DNA of 64,000 nt from the human T2T-CHM13v2.0 reference genome, Homo sapiens, in the NCBI RefSeq assembly GCF_009914755.1, contig NC_060931.1, one strand, 5' to 3'. Within the stretch, counting starts at the first letter, position 1. Every line of letters begins with the position of its first letter. Of this stretch, positions 1-13,815 are shown piece by piece. The notes beneath the pieces were generated by a model that saw nothing but the letters and a program-made list of their open reading frames with translations, was not told where the DNA came from and made no database searches. The translations under genes were made by a program, and so were the position numbers.

Positions 1-1903
1 TTGCAAGAGTATATGGAATACTGAAGTTTCTTCTAATAATATCAAAGGAATAGTTAAAATGCCATAGGGACTAAATGTTACATATGTAAAGTAACATAGC
101 CATCTGGTCTGTTTCATTCTTATTTCCTTAGGAGAAGAGTGTTAAGCATGCTCTAAAACATTTATTGAGGGCACGTTTTATGCTTACGTTTAGGTTCAGT
201 TTTAGGTATACAGAAATTTTAAAAGGAAAAGGAAAAAAATTTTTAAAAAAAGGTATAAGGGGATGATAAAGAGGAGGCCAGAAAGAAAAGAAAATACAAT
301 TTCTCTCCTTTCAATTCCTTACCATTACTTTACCATTCTTGTGTGGAAGTGGGAGGGCGTATCCACAGAGGGGTAGAAATAGGCAAATACCACATAAAAG
401 GGATAATTGCAGGTTGGATAACCGCACACATTGGAACCAAAACTGCTTCTGAAAAGGTTATAGGATTTAGATAGTGCCAAAGACTAAGTCTGAAACACAT
501 TTAAAATAGTTGTTTATTTACAAAATTTGGCACAGGTCCCCGTCTATTGCTACTTTTCTGTCAACAGAGGTTTAAAGTTTTTAGCAGTGAAAGTTTTATA
601 TAGTTAAAAGAGACTGAGACAATCTCTGGAAAGCATTTTATTACCATGGGATTCCCTTTTTTGTGTGTGGAAGTGGGAGACCTCCTAATTGGTGTTCAGG
701 TACACTTCGCAGTCTTGGTTGAGTGCAAGGAGGCAAGTGAGCAGCATGGAGACATTCAAAGACAGGAGGATTGTCCTGGGTTAGGGTCAGTGGTATTTTC
801 TCCATCCAGCTATTTTCTGTAACAAAAGGGTTTGATGAGTTACTTTTCTTGTGACCAAACTCTCTTAATAGTCCCTTATGGGGCCGGTGGCTGTCATGGC
901 AGTTTGTCATTAGTAAAGAAGTTGAGACTACTCTAGTTTGGCAAACAATATGAATAAAGTGACAAGGTGATGATGAGCATGCCCATAGTCTTGCTATTTA
1001 AACAATGATTATTAGGCCACTCCAGTGAAAGATAATGAGAAATAGAACTTCTGCTTACAGAAGATGAATTTTGAATGCCTAAGGTTTAAATTTAGATTTG
1101 ATGGGATAGAACTTTGCATATTATTTACATGGTTTTGAAAACAGGCATGAAGAGAGAACAAGGTTGTAAGGAGCTTAGGACAGAAGAGACCAAGCTGTCT
1201 TATAATTGAGTCAGGACGAAGCACAGGAATGTTACTTTGAATCAATGCTGGCCTTAATGGTCCACTGATCTATGGGAGAAGAAAAAAAACTTGATATTTA
1301 AGCATTGGTGGAAAACACACACACACATACAAAATTTCTGAATACCAGAGACTGAGGGAAATTTGTACCCAACCTAATTAGTTGAAAATACAAAGCAAGT
1401 TTCATCAATATAGCTTGTATAGGGTTAAGAAAAATACTTAAGCATTACATGATTGCTGTAGGAGCCCATTTTTTGGAAAATTTCCAGGGACTCTTTGAGT
1501 CAACTTGTTAAAAACAGAAGAAAGGCTAGGAAAGAAATAGCTTGTTTTATGCCTGTGATTATAGGATTTCATCATTATGTGGGCCACTGAGTGTTATTTT
1601 CTCAAGTTCATGCATATGCAGAGATTTAAACTAAATTTGTGTTCTACTCACCACGTTAAGAGGCACAAGTTATCAAAGTTACTACCAATACATTCTATTC
1701 CCCCGAAAGACATTCAAACCATAATTCTCTCAAGTTAAAAAAATTAATATTTTGTAAAGTAACCATTGTCCCTCTTCTCAATATAATCCAAGTGCTAACA
1801 CCTTTGAACACACCAACAATGGTCTCTTGATTAAAAAGAAACCACATTAGGAAAGTCCTTTGAATAACATAAATTGTCTCCTATAATAAAGGAAGACATT
1901 GGA

Positions 1904-1906
<3 letters not shown>

Positions 1907-1936
<30 letters not shown>
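1907..1936 (+). repeat. A30 homopolymer
   Basis: Direct count; AATAAA at 1885-1890 upstream. Confidence 0.95.
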
Positions 1937-1938
<2 letters not shown>

Positions 1939-2329
1939 TTTCAGCACCAATCTTCAATCTCTCTCTCACACCACAGAAGATTCAGAGCTGGAGTTGGGAA
2001 ATGCAGTGGACTTGGGTAAACTGAGGTTTTCAGTCTTCATACTAGTCAGAGGTCATAATTGATTGAGTCCAGTTGTGATATAACTTTGGGCAGTAATTTT
2101 AGTCAATTGCTTCCTACCAAAGTTCCGTGCTCTTTGCTGGAGGCTCCGTTTCTGAAAAGCTCTCCCTCTGCCCTTCTTTCTTTTTCTCTGCACACACAAC
2201 CCTCACGCAGCTTTCATGCTGCCTAAATCAGCCTGTGGATTAGGTATTTTCTCATTATCCAGATTAAAAGACAGCTCAGTCTCACAGAGATGTAACTGAC
2301 TATTTGATTGAAACTGACTTTTTTCCCCA

Positions 2330-2490
2330 TTGGAGGCACATCAGAATCACCTGGAAACTTTAAAAATTCTAATACCAGACCATAGCCTTCCAATTCTGAT
2401 TGCGTGGATCTGAATGGGGTAGTTCCCTGGTCTTACTCTTCACAAGCTCCCCATGTGATGTTAACATCAGCCAGCAGAGGCTGCGAACAC
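2330..2490. mobile_element. MER5-type hAT-Charlie DNA transposon fossil
   Basis: cacatcagaatcacctggaaacttt...ttctgatt...tgatg MER5-like motifs. Confidence 0.6.
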
Positions 2491-3024
2491 CCATAAAAAC
2501 AAATCCAGATATGTTAATAGATGTTAGGGAAAGTGGGAGAAGAGGGGGTGGTGGATTTGCAAATGTTAAACTTGTTACCCAAATAACCTCTCCAAGTAAA
2601 ACTTTTGGAAGGATAGTTTTGATCAAGAGAACCTGCCCCTTTTTGGATCTCTTTCACCTGCAAGGAGAAAAAAAGTGAGAAAAGGAATCAGCTTTTTATA
2701 ATAAAAAAAATGCAGATGGAGATTCCGAAGTGGCTCTTCAGCGTGAGGATCGAATTTTTACAGGGAAATTCCCTCTGAAATCCTTCTAGAAATTCCTGCT
2801 ATATCATCTCCCACTTACATAATCATTGCCCCTTATCCACTAAGCACCCCCCACCCCCCCATCTGACAGTCTTGTCAACCTCATGTGTCTGGATTCTCAG
2901 TCTTAGTACAGTCCCTCTTTCGGGGGAGGGAGAGCTTTGGAGTTTGGAGGAGAAGGAGGAAAAGTGTGTGTCTGGCCTGAAGGTGATGATCTAAAAGAAG
3001 TTTCCACTGAAGAAACACATCTGG

Positions 3025-3212
3025 GTGTTTCACAATGTGGCTCCTTGTATCATCTACATCACTTGGAAACTTGTTAGTAATGCAGATTCTCAGACCTCAC
3101 CCTGGACTTACAAAATCAGCAATGAGGGGCTCCGGCTGAGCAGTCTGTCCGAGCAAGTCCTCCAGGTGATTCTGGTGAATTCCAGTGCAGGCTAAAGTTT
3201 GAGAACTACTGG
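3025..3212. mobile_element. MER5A hAT-Charlie DNA transposon
   Basis: cacttggaaacttgttagtaatgcagattctcag...tccaggtgattctg...aaagtttgagaactactgg. Confidence 0.8.
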
Positions 3213-3289
3213 CTATCTCATGTTTTCTCTTGAGCTTCTCTTACCAACCTTGGGTTGCTTTGTTCCTGTTTGTTTTATAGAGCTTTTCT

Positions 3290-3996
3290 TTATAGAGCAC
3301 CCTTGGCATAAGTAGCTCCATCTTAGAAAAAGACTCCATCTTACATTTTAAAAGCCATCATGCCAACAGGGACCAGGTGTTCGGCTAACCAATAGAGACT
3401 GCACCCAACCAGATAAGGACATAATCATTCACACCCTTTCACTATTAGTCCTCGCTAGAGGACTCTGTGGCCATAAAAAAGAGCAGGATTTCACCAATTG
3501 GAAACTGCTGTCTTAGCAGACACCATCTTTCTGTCCCTTGTGATAAGTACCCAGCATCCCCTGCCGAAGACTCTGCCCACATTAAAATCTCTTCCTTGCA
3601 AGACCCTGATGGACCACCTGGATCAGGACGAGGCATTGTTTGGTCCACATTGCTCTCTCTGAACTGGTTTGTTAACCCTTTTTTCCTATCTCCTTTATCT
3701 TGATGTTAAATGTTACTTTGTTGTGGAATGTTTAGTCAAAACAGATAGATAGGTAGGTAGGTAGGTAGGTAGGTTATGTGTGGTTTGCAATATTGTCTGA
3801 CCTGTGGAGTGACTTGAGCTTGTGTGCCTATGGCTCTGCCAAGTGAATGGGTAGCACTAAAGAGAATTACCTCCTCTGGAGCTTCAGGTAGCTCATGGCT
3901 TTGATGATTGAAATAGCATTGGTGAAAGTCTGACATTATGGAAAGACACAAATATTTGTGGACTTGGTCATGTCTGACTGTGCACTGCTCATGATA
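3290..3996 (+). mobile_element. ERVL-class solo LTR (MER76/MER77-like) containing an (AGAT)2(AGGT)6 microsatellite at 3743-3774
   Basis: cttggcataagtagctccatcttagaaaaagactccatctt start and tgcactgctcatgata end resemble MER76/77 termini. Confidence 0.6.
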
Positions 3997-5084
3997 CCTT
4001 CCTATTACTTCGCCTAGAGCCTGAATGGGAAAGGGAGAGGCAAGCAACTGACCAACTAGCAAACAAATAAAATGAACCTACTGTGAACAGAAAAACTATT
4101 TCTGCCCATAGTAGTGGCTTATTGCAGATACTTATCTTCAGTTTAAAGTTATCTTTGAGTCTCTATGTTTGTAGCTGGAAAGATGCAGATGTTTTAAATC
4201 AAGAAAGTTGGACAAGTTTGTTCCTAATATTCCTTCCAAGTTTAATTCAATGGATATATGAGTTTGGGGATTAATAAAAAAAAACAGCAAGGAGTAAGAA
4301 TCTTTGGGAATATAGGAAAAAGTGCTGTATTCAACTGGGAAATATCTACATATTTAAAGACAACTTCTCAGAGAAGATGATTATAAGCCCACGTTATGTT
4401 TTATTTCAAACGTGCTGTTGGATGAAAAGTTGCTGAATAAGCTGAATTCAAGATTCTCCCCTAGGTAGAAACATTTGGGTGAGGGGTGGTGGGGAGAGGT
4501 CATACAATGAAGAATTGTCTGGTTAAAGATTAGGCTACTTGTAAGATGGATTAAAGATGTAGGCAAGTTTCAAAACTGATAGTTAGCTGAGTGGATCTTC
4601 CCAGAAAGGATCTTTAAGTATCATGAGAGTTTATCAGAAAATTGCTCAAGTGTTTTATTAGGAATTCTAATTATTTTCAGGAAGGGCTGTGAATTACATC
4701 TTGCAAAAAAGCTCTGTCTCCCAACAGGTTTGGTGACATTTATTTTTTCTCAGTTTCTAGTCTCATCTCTTCTCACATTTTATCTTTTGTTCACTTTTAG
4801 TAAGTAATTTTAACTTCCTGGATTTCAATTGCTTCCTCTATAAAGCAGGGATAATAATTTCATACCATAATGAAATAATAAGGCTAGAAAAATAATTTTT
4901 CTTTTAGACTGTTCCAAGTTTTGTAACTGACTAATCTAAATTATGCATTGGGGGGAAGGTGATATGAGATGTGCTTTTCAGTCCTTGGATTCGATACTAA
5001 TTATAATACCAAACTCATGGTAGATTGATTTATTCTGTCACATATCTATCAAACATTTGCAGTTTCTGCTGTTATGTATGCTTT

Positions 5085-5270
5085 ATGCATTTTACAAAAA
5101 ATCATCCCAATTACACAATTACTCTATGATGTAGGTACAAGAATTATCCCCATTTTATAGATGATAAACCTGAGACACTGAAAGTTTAAATAGCTAGCTT
5201 ACACTCAACAGTGTGGTATGTGGTTTGTGGCAGAGGCTGGATCTGAACTCAGGAAGCCTGCCTCTTGTGT
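5085..5270 (-). mobile_element. MIR SINE
   Basis: MIR core attatccccattttatagatgataaacctgagac...gaggctggatctgaactcagg. Confidence 0.8.
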
Positions 5271-5694
5271 TCAACAAACAATTCACTAGTTGATATCCTG
5301 TCATTCCACTTGATTCTCCAAAAATAAGGTTGGGCCTTGTCAAGGATCAAATGAAGACTGGTAATCCTAAAGAAGTTGAACTTCAGAGAGCCTCAGTGGG
5401 AGAGAATAACATGCCTAGTCCAGGTCGTTAAAACTTAGATTATTTTCTTACATAGTATTGGCTACTGCCCGTTCTGATGCTTGTACATTTCTGTTACGGT
5501 CCTCGGTCTCTGGATTGAACCTTATCCACTAGATTGGAGCATAGGCACTGTGATTCACCATGTTATTCTGGAATCTAATATAGAAAATGACCCAGAAGCA
5601 CCATTTTTAACAAACCTGGGTTCCCTAGCCACGTAGAAGCATCAGCCAGATCCAGCTGGAGCCAATCCTGCTGATTAGCTTAACAGGTTCTCTG

Positions 5695-5714
5695 TTTTTT
5701 TTTTTTTTTTTTTT
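5695..5714 (+). repeat. T20 homopolymer followed directly by AG
   Basis: Direct count. Confidence 0.9.
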
Positions 5715-7524
5715 AGAAAAAGATAAAATGTTACAAGATAGAACATCGTCTTATTGCTTCTTTTGTTTTATTGCCCCTGCCATTTTCTTAGAGCATTAAA
5801 AAGAAATCACTTTCTCAGATGGTATGAGGATGAAAGGATCCACATTGGGAACAGGAAACCAAAGATCTCTGAAGATTTTGAAAGCAGAGAAAGAATAACC
5901 AGGTGTACATAATGATAACTAGGAAATACAAAACCGCTGTGAGCAAAACTGTTTCTTCCAGTTTGGGAGGCTCCAAAGTGAATCCCGTGATCTTAGACAC
6001 AGAGATCAGGTTAAAAGAGCCTTTCTTCCAGGCAGCCTGCTGCTGCATGATGCTCATCATTCCACATCCTGAACAATCCTCAGGCTTCAGGCTGGACGAG
6101 TGGTCTCTAGGTACCACTGTGTACTTAAGAGTGCCATTTTCTGAGTGCATCTTCTGTGCCAAGCACTGTGCTGACATAGTATCTTATTGGCAACTCTTAA
6201 TCTTCTATGGCATCAGTCTTATTCCTATTTTAGTGACAAGGGCCCTCTTTTGTAAGTAACTTCCTCCAGCCCCACAGTAAGTGCGAAAAATGGGATTCAT
6301 TCCTCTGACTCTTTGAATCCAACCCAGTGCTTGGGTGTCTTCAAGTATCTCTGAATTCCTGACCTCTGGGATTCAGTGATTTTTATGGCATTCATGTGAT
6401 TTCTGTGGTGAGTTCCCTCCACCCCCAACTCCACAGGGCCTGTCTGTGAAAATGAAAGATACCAGTCAGGGTGCAAGACACAGTCTGTTCTCATGGAGTC
6501 AGTGAAAACTTCATTGTATTTGAAAGACCCTCTGATCACCAGAAGGTCATTCTTGCTCGCCTTTTCCTTGACTATAAGGTTCTATAAGTTTTTTCGTAAT
6601 GCCACTTACAATAATACAGTATTTACAATTACATCAGAATGACAAAAACACAGTTTACAGGAGTTAGCACCTCCAAAGCATGACAATAATAGGAAAAATG
6701 TATCACCAAGTACTAGTATAAAAATAAAATTCTCTATAACCAATAATGTTGAATCAGAGAGCCATTTTGAACTAAAGAAGTTTTTGATTCCCTTGTGTTA
6801 ACTTTAAACAAACTTTTTTGGTTGATTTTTTTTTTCTATTCATTCCTTCTGTATAAGAAATAATGGAGAAATGTGTTAAACTTTTAGTTAAATGTGTGTC
6901 AAAGTTTAATATAACCATATGGTTTTTCCTAGTTTTGGTTATATATGGGAAATAACATTTGATTCACTCGAATAACTTTACAGTTGACCGGGCTTGCTTA
7001 TGTTGGTGAATGTATTTAAGCTCATTCAAAACATACAGCTTGACATCTTAGAATCTGAGGTATGACTTTAGGCAACAGTTAAGCCAATTTTTAAAATTCT
7101 CATTGGGGGCACTGAATTGAAACGCTGTAATCTTCTCTAGAACTATCTTCTATTTCGTGTTTCAGCAAAGACTTAATTGTTCTTTGAAGAATTTCTTACT
7201 CTAAAAATCGTAGCAATTTATATTCCAAAGAAATACAATTATCTTGCTCAGAAAAGAGAAGAAATGTAGAATTGCCTTTATTTCTAAGTTATAATTGCAA
7301 TCATGTATTGGCAGCACATGTGAACAACTTAGATATAAAATTATGATGGGGAAAAAACCTGCAGCAAGAAGCAAAGTGTGCATAGATAATGATCCTCTGC
7401 CAAGTAAAATGAGTTCTATTTATGTATTTGTTTAGGCATATTAAGTGTCTAGAGCAGCAGTAATGTGAACTTTACCTTTTTGGTTGTTTACCTTTTTCAA
7501 CACCTATCAATGCTGTATTGGTAA

Positions 7525-7905
<381 letters not shown>

Positions 7906-8048
7906 TAATTTTGCACCTCTGGAGGTAAAGTTACCATGCCATATAAAAAAAATGGAGATAAAAGTAATACATTTTACGATAAAACCACTCTTCCTTTTGT
8001 TTTTATATAAATAATAGGTAGAGGTCTCTGTACATATTTTATTTCTAT

Positions 8049-8351
8049 GTTTGTTTGTTTATTTGTTTATTTATTGAGCCTTCGTCACCCAGGCTGGAGT
8101 ACAGTAGTGCAATCTCCAGCTCACTGCAACCTCTGCTTTCTGGGTTCAAGGGATTCTCATTCCTCAGCCACCAGAATAGCTAAGATTACAGGTGCACACC
8201 ACCCTGCCCAGCTAACTTTTTTTGTATTTTTAGTAGAGACAGGATTTCACTACATTGGCCAGGCTGGTCTCGAACTCCTCACCTCAAGGAATCCCCCTGC
8301 CTTGGCCTCCTGAAGTGCTGGGATTACAGGTGTAAGCCACCACAGCTAGCC
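8049..8351 (-). mobile_element. Alu (S class), (TTTG/TTTA)n tail
   Basis: Antisense Alu dimer; catatttt on both flanks. Confidence 0.93.
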
Positions 8352-8739
8352 CATATTTTAGTAAGGAAAATGATGGGTGGCATGGGACTTTGAAAACTAA
8401 GACGATATACTTAGTGTTTTAAAATAAGATTTTGTTACTGATATAAACCACATTGAAGTGAGGAAGACTGGGTCATAGTCCAGCAAAGATTGCACCTTAT
8501 TTTCTTAACACGCTAAAGTGACAGGCCCTATGGTTGGTGGGGAAGAAAGGCCTTGTGACCTAGAGGGAGAAAATGAGATCTTTCGATTCCCAGAGTGAGA
8601 GAGAAAGATGGACACTGTCTTTAGATTATAAAATTCAAAAAGCCTACCGAAGGGGTGTTGAGAGCTACACTTGAAGGGGGCTCTGTATTCATTTAGGGAC
8701 ATTTAACATTACAGCTTTCTGTCATGTTAGCATAGGTCA

Positions 8740-9500
8740 CTAGGTGTAAAAATGGCATGATAAGCAATATGCGGGTGTTAAATGTAGGAGCAGTATGCAA
8801 GAGTATACAGGATAGAAAAAGCCCCTTGAGTCCAGAAAGCAGGCTTGAGTCAAGAGTGATAGCCTGGACTAAGTGGTATTAAAGAGAATAAAGAGGTAGA
8901 ACAATAGAAAATAGCTCCCAAAGAAAAACTAGGCATACTCCATAAAATTACAGAAGCAGGGAACAGGATGACAAATGTGATCTACATTTGAAACCTGAGG
9001 ACTAACATGTGAAGTTGCCTCTGAAGAGATGGTAAGGGAACCTGTCTGTGTGAGGGGAGTGGTGGGGAACAGGACAGTTAATGGACGCATTGAACTTGGT
9101 GTCATCTGCGTAATTCAAAGAAAACATGTAGTGGTGGGTGGAGGAAGATTTGGATATAATAAGTTGAGTCACAGGACTGACGTTGAGTGAAGGCTCCAGG
9201 AAAAAAAAAATACTAGGACTGACATTTTACTGATAATTTACAATTCTTAAGGGGGAAAAAGAGAAAAAAAATCAAGCATAGAAACAAAGGAATAATAATA
9301 GGTATTAGGAGAAAAAAGAAACACGTGGACTAAGTGAGAGAATTTTATGAAAGAAGGGATGCTGATAGGTTTTTGACAAAACGCTTGGGCATCAAGAGAA
9401 TGAAAAGGCTTTGGTTTGGGGGAAAAAGTCTCATTGGTGGCTTTTGAGAATTCAGTTTTAGTAGAGAGATGGAGTTGTTTTAAGAGGAAGTAAATGGCTA
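8740..9500 (-). mobile_element. L2 LINE fragments
   Basis: Purine-rich antisense L2 motifs (gcctggactaagtggt; cattggtggcttttgagaattcagtttt). Confidence 0.5.
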
Positions 9501-10507
9501 ATTGTAGAAGTGAGCTAGGGCAATGCCCATCAGGCAGTCTCTTGAGGTCCAGTGAAACATTGAGGTTTAGAAGGCAATTATTGATCACATTCAGAATCAG
9601 CTTACACAGAAGTCTGTTGAACAGGAAGCAAGTCTGCCAAGCAGGGCAACATCGAGTAATTCCTTTCAAAGGGAATCCTTGCAGCGGCCCACTCAGCAAT
9701 CTAATCAGATAACCTAGGAGCACTCCTTTGGGGCTCCAGGTAACAGCTCAGGTGCAAGGAGACGAAATGCACAGTGGGTGTGTGCAGGACCTTCTGCCAT
9801 AATAGCCTCCTTCTAACAAGGGGTATTCCTCTCATAAACATTCCTTAGGCACAAAACACACCAAGTTACAATACTTACCACATGTATGGAACTCCAAAAC
9901 TACGGTACCGCCATCAGGCATTCATAATTTACTGGTATTTCTCCAATTCAAGTACAATTTATTTTTTAAAATGACGCTAGGAAATTGGGAGTCCACAGAT
10001 CAGCATGAGCATGAATAAGGGACCCTCTGTGTGAAGGAAGTTAAGGATCTTTTCACATGGAGGGTGATAATGAAAACTTTAAGTGAGATGACTCACTATA
10101 GAATCCAGGCTTCATGAAAAATATGGAACTTGGGAAAATGTAATAGGTTGAGTGACTAGATCGATAGTGGAGGTTCAGAGGCAGATGGAGAGAGGCAACA
10201 GAACAGATTGCATCGTTTCAGTATTGAACAAAGTCTTAAGTACATAATGAGTGCAAATATTTGTTTGATTAAAATGAGTGCAAATGGGAGCACCAAGTTC
10301 AACATCTTAGTGTTTAGATGGGTGACATACAAGGATGATGATGGTTTGCTAAAGAAGTAAATAAGTACAAATAAAAACAATATAGAGACAGAGACGTTCA
10401 AAGTAATAGATGGCAAGAAACCACAGGAAATGCAACCCTGTTGGTGAAATCACTCAATCATCATGGAACAGTCTTGAGTAAAAATGAAATTGGTTATTAA
10501 GTGAATT

Positions 10508-10728
10508 TGTTTTTTTATTTTATTTTTAAATTATTTTTTAATTGATGCATAGTGGTACATATTCATAGAGTACATGGTGATATTTCAACACATATAATGT
10601 TTGGTGATCAGATCAGAGTAATTAGCATATCCAGCATCTGAAACATTTATTATTTCTTTGCATTAGGAGCATTCAATATCTTCCTTCTAGCAACTTGAAA
10701 CTATATAACAATAAATATATATTAACTG
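10508..10728 (-). mobile_element. L1MA 3'UTR fragment
   Basis: T-rich tail then gatcagatcagagtaattagcatatcc...cattcaatatcttccttctagc. Confidence 0.8.
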
Positions 10729-10999
10729 GACTATCTCCATTAATGCTCTATGTAGCCATATCAGAAGTCCTTAGATTTTTTCCTTCACATTTTTTTTTGC
10801 TTATTTACAGCACAAGCACGTATGATTGCAGCACCCCCTAACTGTTCTCCCGTACTTGAAGAAATGTCCAGTCCCCTGAATGAACTCACCTATAACTGTA
10901 TGATACCCTCTAAATCCAGCTATAAACTATAATAATCAGCTTATAGGTGAAAAAGAGTCGAAGATCAGGGGTGCAAATGAACATCGAGATGATCCAATG

Positions 11000-11110
11000 T
11001 AAACTCTGTTTTGTTGATGCGGAAACTGAGGCCTGGAGAGTTAAGTGACCTCCTAAACTTGCAGTTCTTGGTAACAGTTGTGAACATGAATTCCACGTCT
11101 AGTGCTCTAG
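11000..11110 (-). mobile_element. MIR fragment
   Basis: gatgcggaaactgaggcctggagagttaagtgac core. Confidence 0.7.
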
Positions 11111-13129
11111 ACTAACCCATGCTGTCTTCAATAATTCCAGTGAAAAAGCATAGCAGTTTAGTCCTCCCAACACCAATGCATGTTCCCACATTCCCTTTTC
11201 TCAATCTGGATTGTTTTTTCCTGGATGAGTCATATGTTTCTTTATCAAATTCTAAAGCTTCAGAGTGAAAGCAGAGGCACAGCCATCCTATATGAATAAA
11301 GCAGATGGAAGTATGGGATGGTTTCATATGGAAGTCTACAGGTACAAGTCACATAACTATATTTTAAGTCAGCATCTTGTAATAGCTTCCTTCCAGTGTG
11401 CGTTATGGGTTGTAGCATGTTGTGGTCAGAAGACATGTATTTAAGTCTGTTCTCTCTAGTTTATCAGGTACCTGGCTGTAGGCATATTCACTTAACTTCT
11501 CTGGGTATCAGTTGAAAGATCATTATATCTAACTGTCAGAATAGTTTTGAGGATGACATAAGGTTAAAATGTATAAAATCATGAGACATTTTCCTCAGTA
11601 CATTTGTTTTCTCTTTTTACTTTTCCTCCAATTCTGCTATCAAAGCTCTGGAATGTATTACCAATACATCTGTCATCTGTTAATATTAATGGGTCTTCTG
11701 TTTCCTTAAAATACCTCGATAATGTATAAATAGGAAAAATATTACTTTATATGACAATGACATCAAGAAAAAGGGAGAAAAATAAGATCTGAGTTTTCTA
11801 AAAGAAAAATATTAAATAAACAATATTTTTAAGATATATGAATTCTTCAGAGAAGACAATGTTTACACAGGGTGAAATTCAAACGTAATTTTCTGCTGAA
11901 CAACTGTATATGGAGGACATTTATGGCAAATACAAAGCAGTGTTTATATCATTTGCATGTGTGTGTTTCTTTGTTCTTAAAAAGGTTTCAGTGAAAGACA
12001 AGAGCATCGTCTTAAAAGTGAATCTCAAAGGTTGAGGCTGTTTTGTTCAAAGGAGTAGACTTCCTGAGGTTTATGACAAATCAATGCGAGGGTCAAATTT
12101 AAAACACCTAGAGAAGTAGAGAATGCTGTATTCTTTATATTATCCAAACTATTCAATTAGGTTTTTGGAAAAAGATTGATAACATAAATTCTAGGTTATA
12201 TAGGTTATCTCCCTAAATCTGAATAAAATTCTGAGAGTGTTTAGTGCTTATAGCTGTAACTGAGTACATTTTCCACTATCCCTCCCTCCCCACAAAAGGA
12301 TAGATTGGTCATTGGGTCAGTCTTGTTGGAGACGACTGGCAAGTCAAATGGTTTTGGAAAGTAAAGTGGATTTCCGAACAGAAAATGTTTTTCCGCGGAA
12401 ACTATGGAAGAGATCAAGGACGAAGGCAAACTAAACCTTGAAGATGAGGAACGGTAGTGAGCCATATCTAACAAAAGCTTTACTATTCATGGCTTCCTAG
12501 TTTGCAACTTAACGTGAAGTTTGTTCACATAGATCTGAGAAAATAATACCTAATTATTGTGAAAGAGGACTTAAGAGGGATTCTTTAGCATGGTTCAGGT
12601 GGGGCTTTAATAAGTAAAGGCAAAAATATTTTTGTTTCAGGTCTCTAAGATACATTTCATGTAAAAGTCCATAATATAAAATGCAAGCCTATACCTCTGA
12701 GTCAAAGATTCAAAAGCACTTTTAATATTATGGGGAAAAATTTTTTTAAAAAGCCTTGTAGATTATCTTCAAGGGTTTGAAATTAATTCCAAGCATTCAT
12801 TAGAGGACAGGAAAAGTCTGAAAATATTATAGTATGCATGAGATGACAAATGGAAATTAAATGTGTACTATCCACACTATAATATTTCAGAGAATATGAA
12901 AATTAATAGTGATACCACAGAACCTGTATAATTTTTTTCCTCCGTGATTTTGTAGGGAATATGGAATTCTGTGAGAAGACCTTGTAGTTCTCATATTGTA
13001 CAATGTTCTTTGAAAGCAGGTGCGTATGCCTTGAGTTGTGGTCTCCTAATTATTTAGTTGAGAGGTGTAACCAATGGACTCACCTGTGTGAAAGGATATT
13101 GGCTCTTTATGGACGCGGAAATTCAATGA

Positions 13130-13815
13130 TAGTGATTCTCAAAATGTGGTTCCTGGACCAGCTGCATCAGTATTACTTTACAACTTGCCAAAAGGTAAAT
13201 ACTTGGCACTCACTCCAGAACAACTGAATTAGAAGCTCCAACAATCAGCGTTATAATATGTTTTCCAGAGAATTCCATTGCAGCTAAGTTTTAAAAACTG
13301 TAGTCTCTGGCAAAATCCGAGGCACAACCAGACACATCTCTGTCCACATTTTACAGTCTCTGGCAATTCATACTGAACCACTTGTAATAAACATGTTATT
13401 CGGGGTTCATCCTAATATTATGCTTCTAGCTTTTGAATGATTTATTAAAAATATAGCTAGTAATGCCCTTCTAATTTATCAGCAATGTATCCTTTTGGTC
13501 ACCCATTAAATCACATGAGAAATGTTTAAATTCCTGTTACTCTGGCAGTGGATTGAAATCCAGGCACCGCCAGGTTAAAGGTTCCTTGGGTGATTCCAAT
13601 GTGCAGCTACATTTTGGGACTACTTCCTTACTAAGCAAATTTCTCAGCTTGATTATGCATAAAAATTACCAGTTCACCTTCTGAAAACACACCCTCTACC
13701 CCCAGAGATTCTGATCAGAAGGTCTAAGATAGTTCTAGGTTGTTGCATTTCTAAATAGCTCCACATACAATTCTATGTTGTTCAGCCAGTGCTGGTACCA
13801 ATATTTGGAAGCTCT
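13130..13815. mobile_element. Cluster of about three MER5-type fragments
   Basis: agtgattctcaaaatgtggttcctggaccagc; gggtgattccaatgtgcagc; ccccagagattctgatcagaaggtct. Confidence 0.6.

Noticed and set aside
1940-1948. TTCAGCACC, REST/RE1 left half-site
   Set aside because: No right half (GGACAG) at canonical or extended spacing.
5815-6259. Overlapping 120- and 118-aa ORFs
   Set aside because: Non-ATG starts, partly MIR-derived, no recognisable homology.
9247-9900. 158-aa ORF and a possible LTR-like segment at ~9520-9880
   Set aside because: No recognisable domain or splice support; partly L2-derived; I could not assign the putative LTR to a family.
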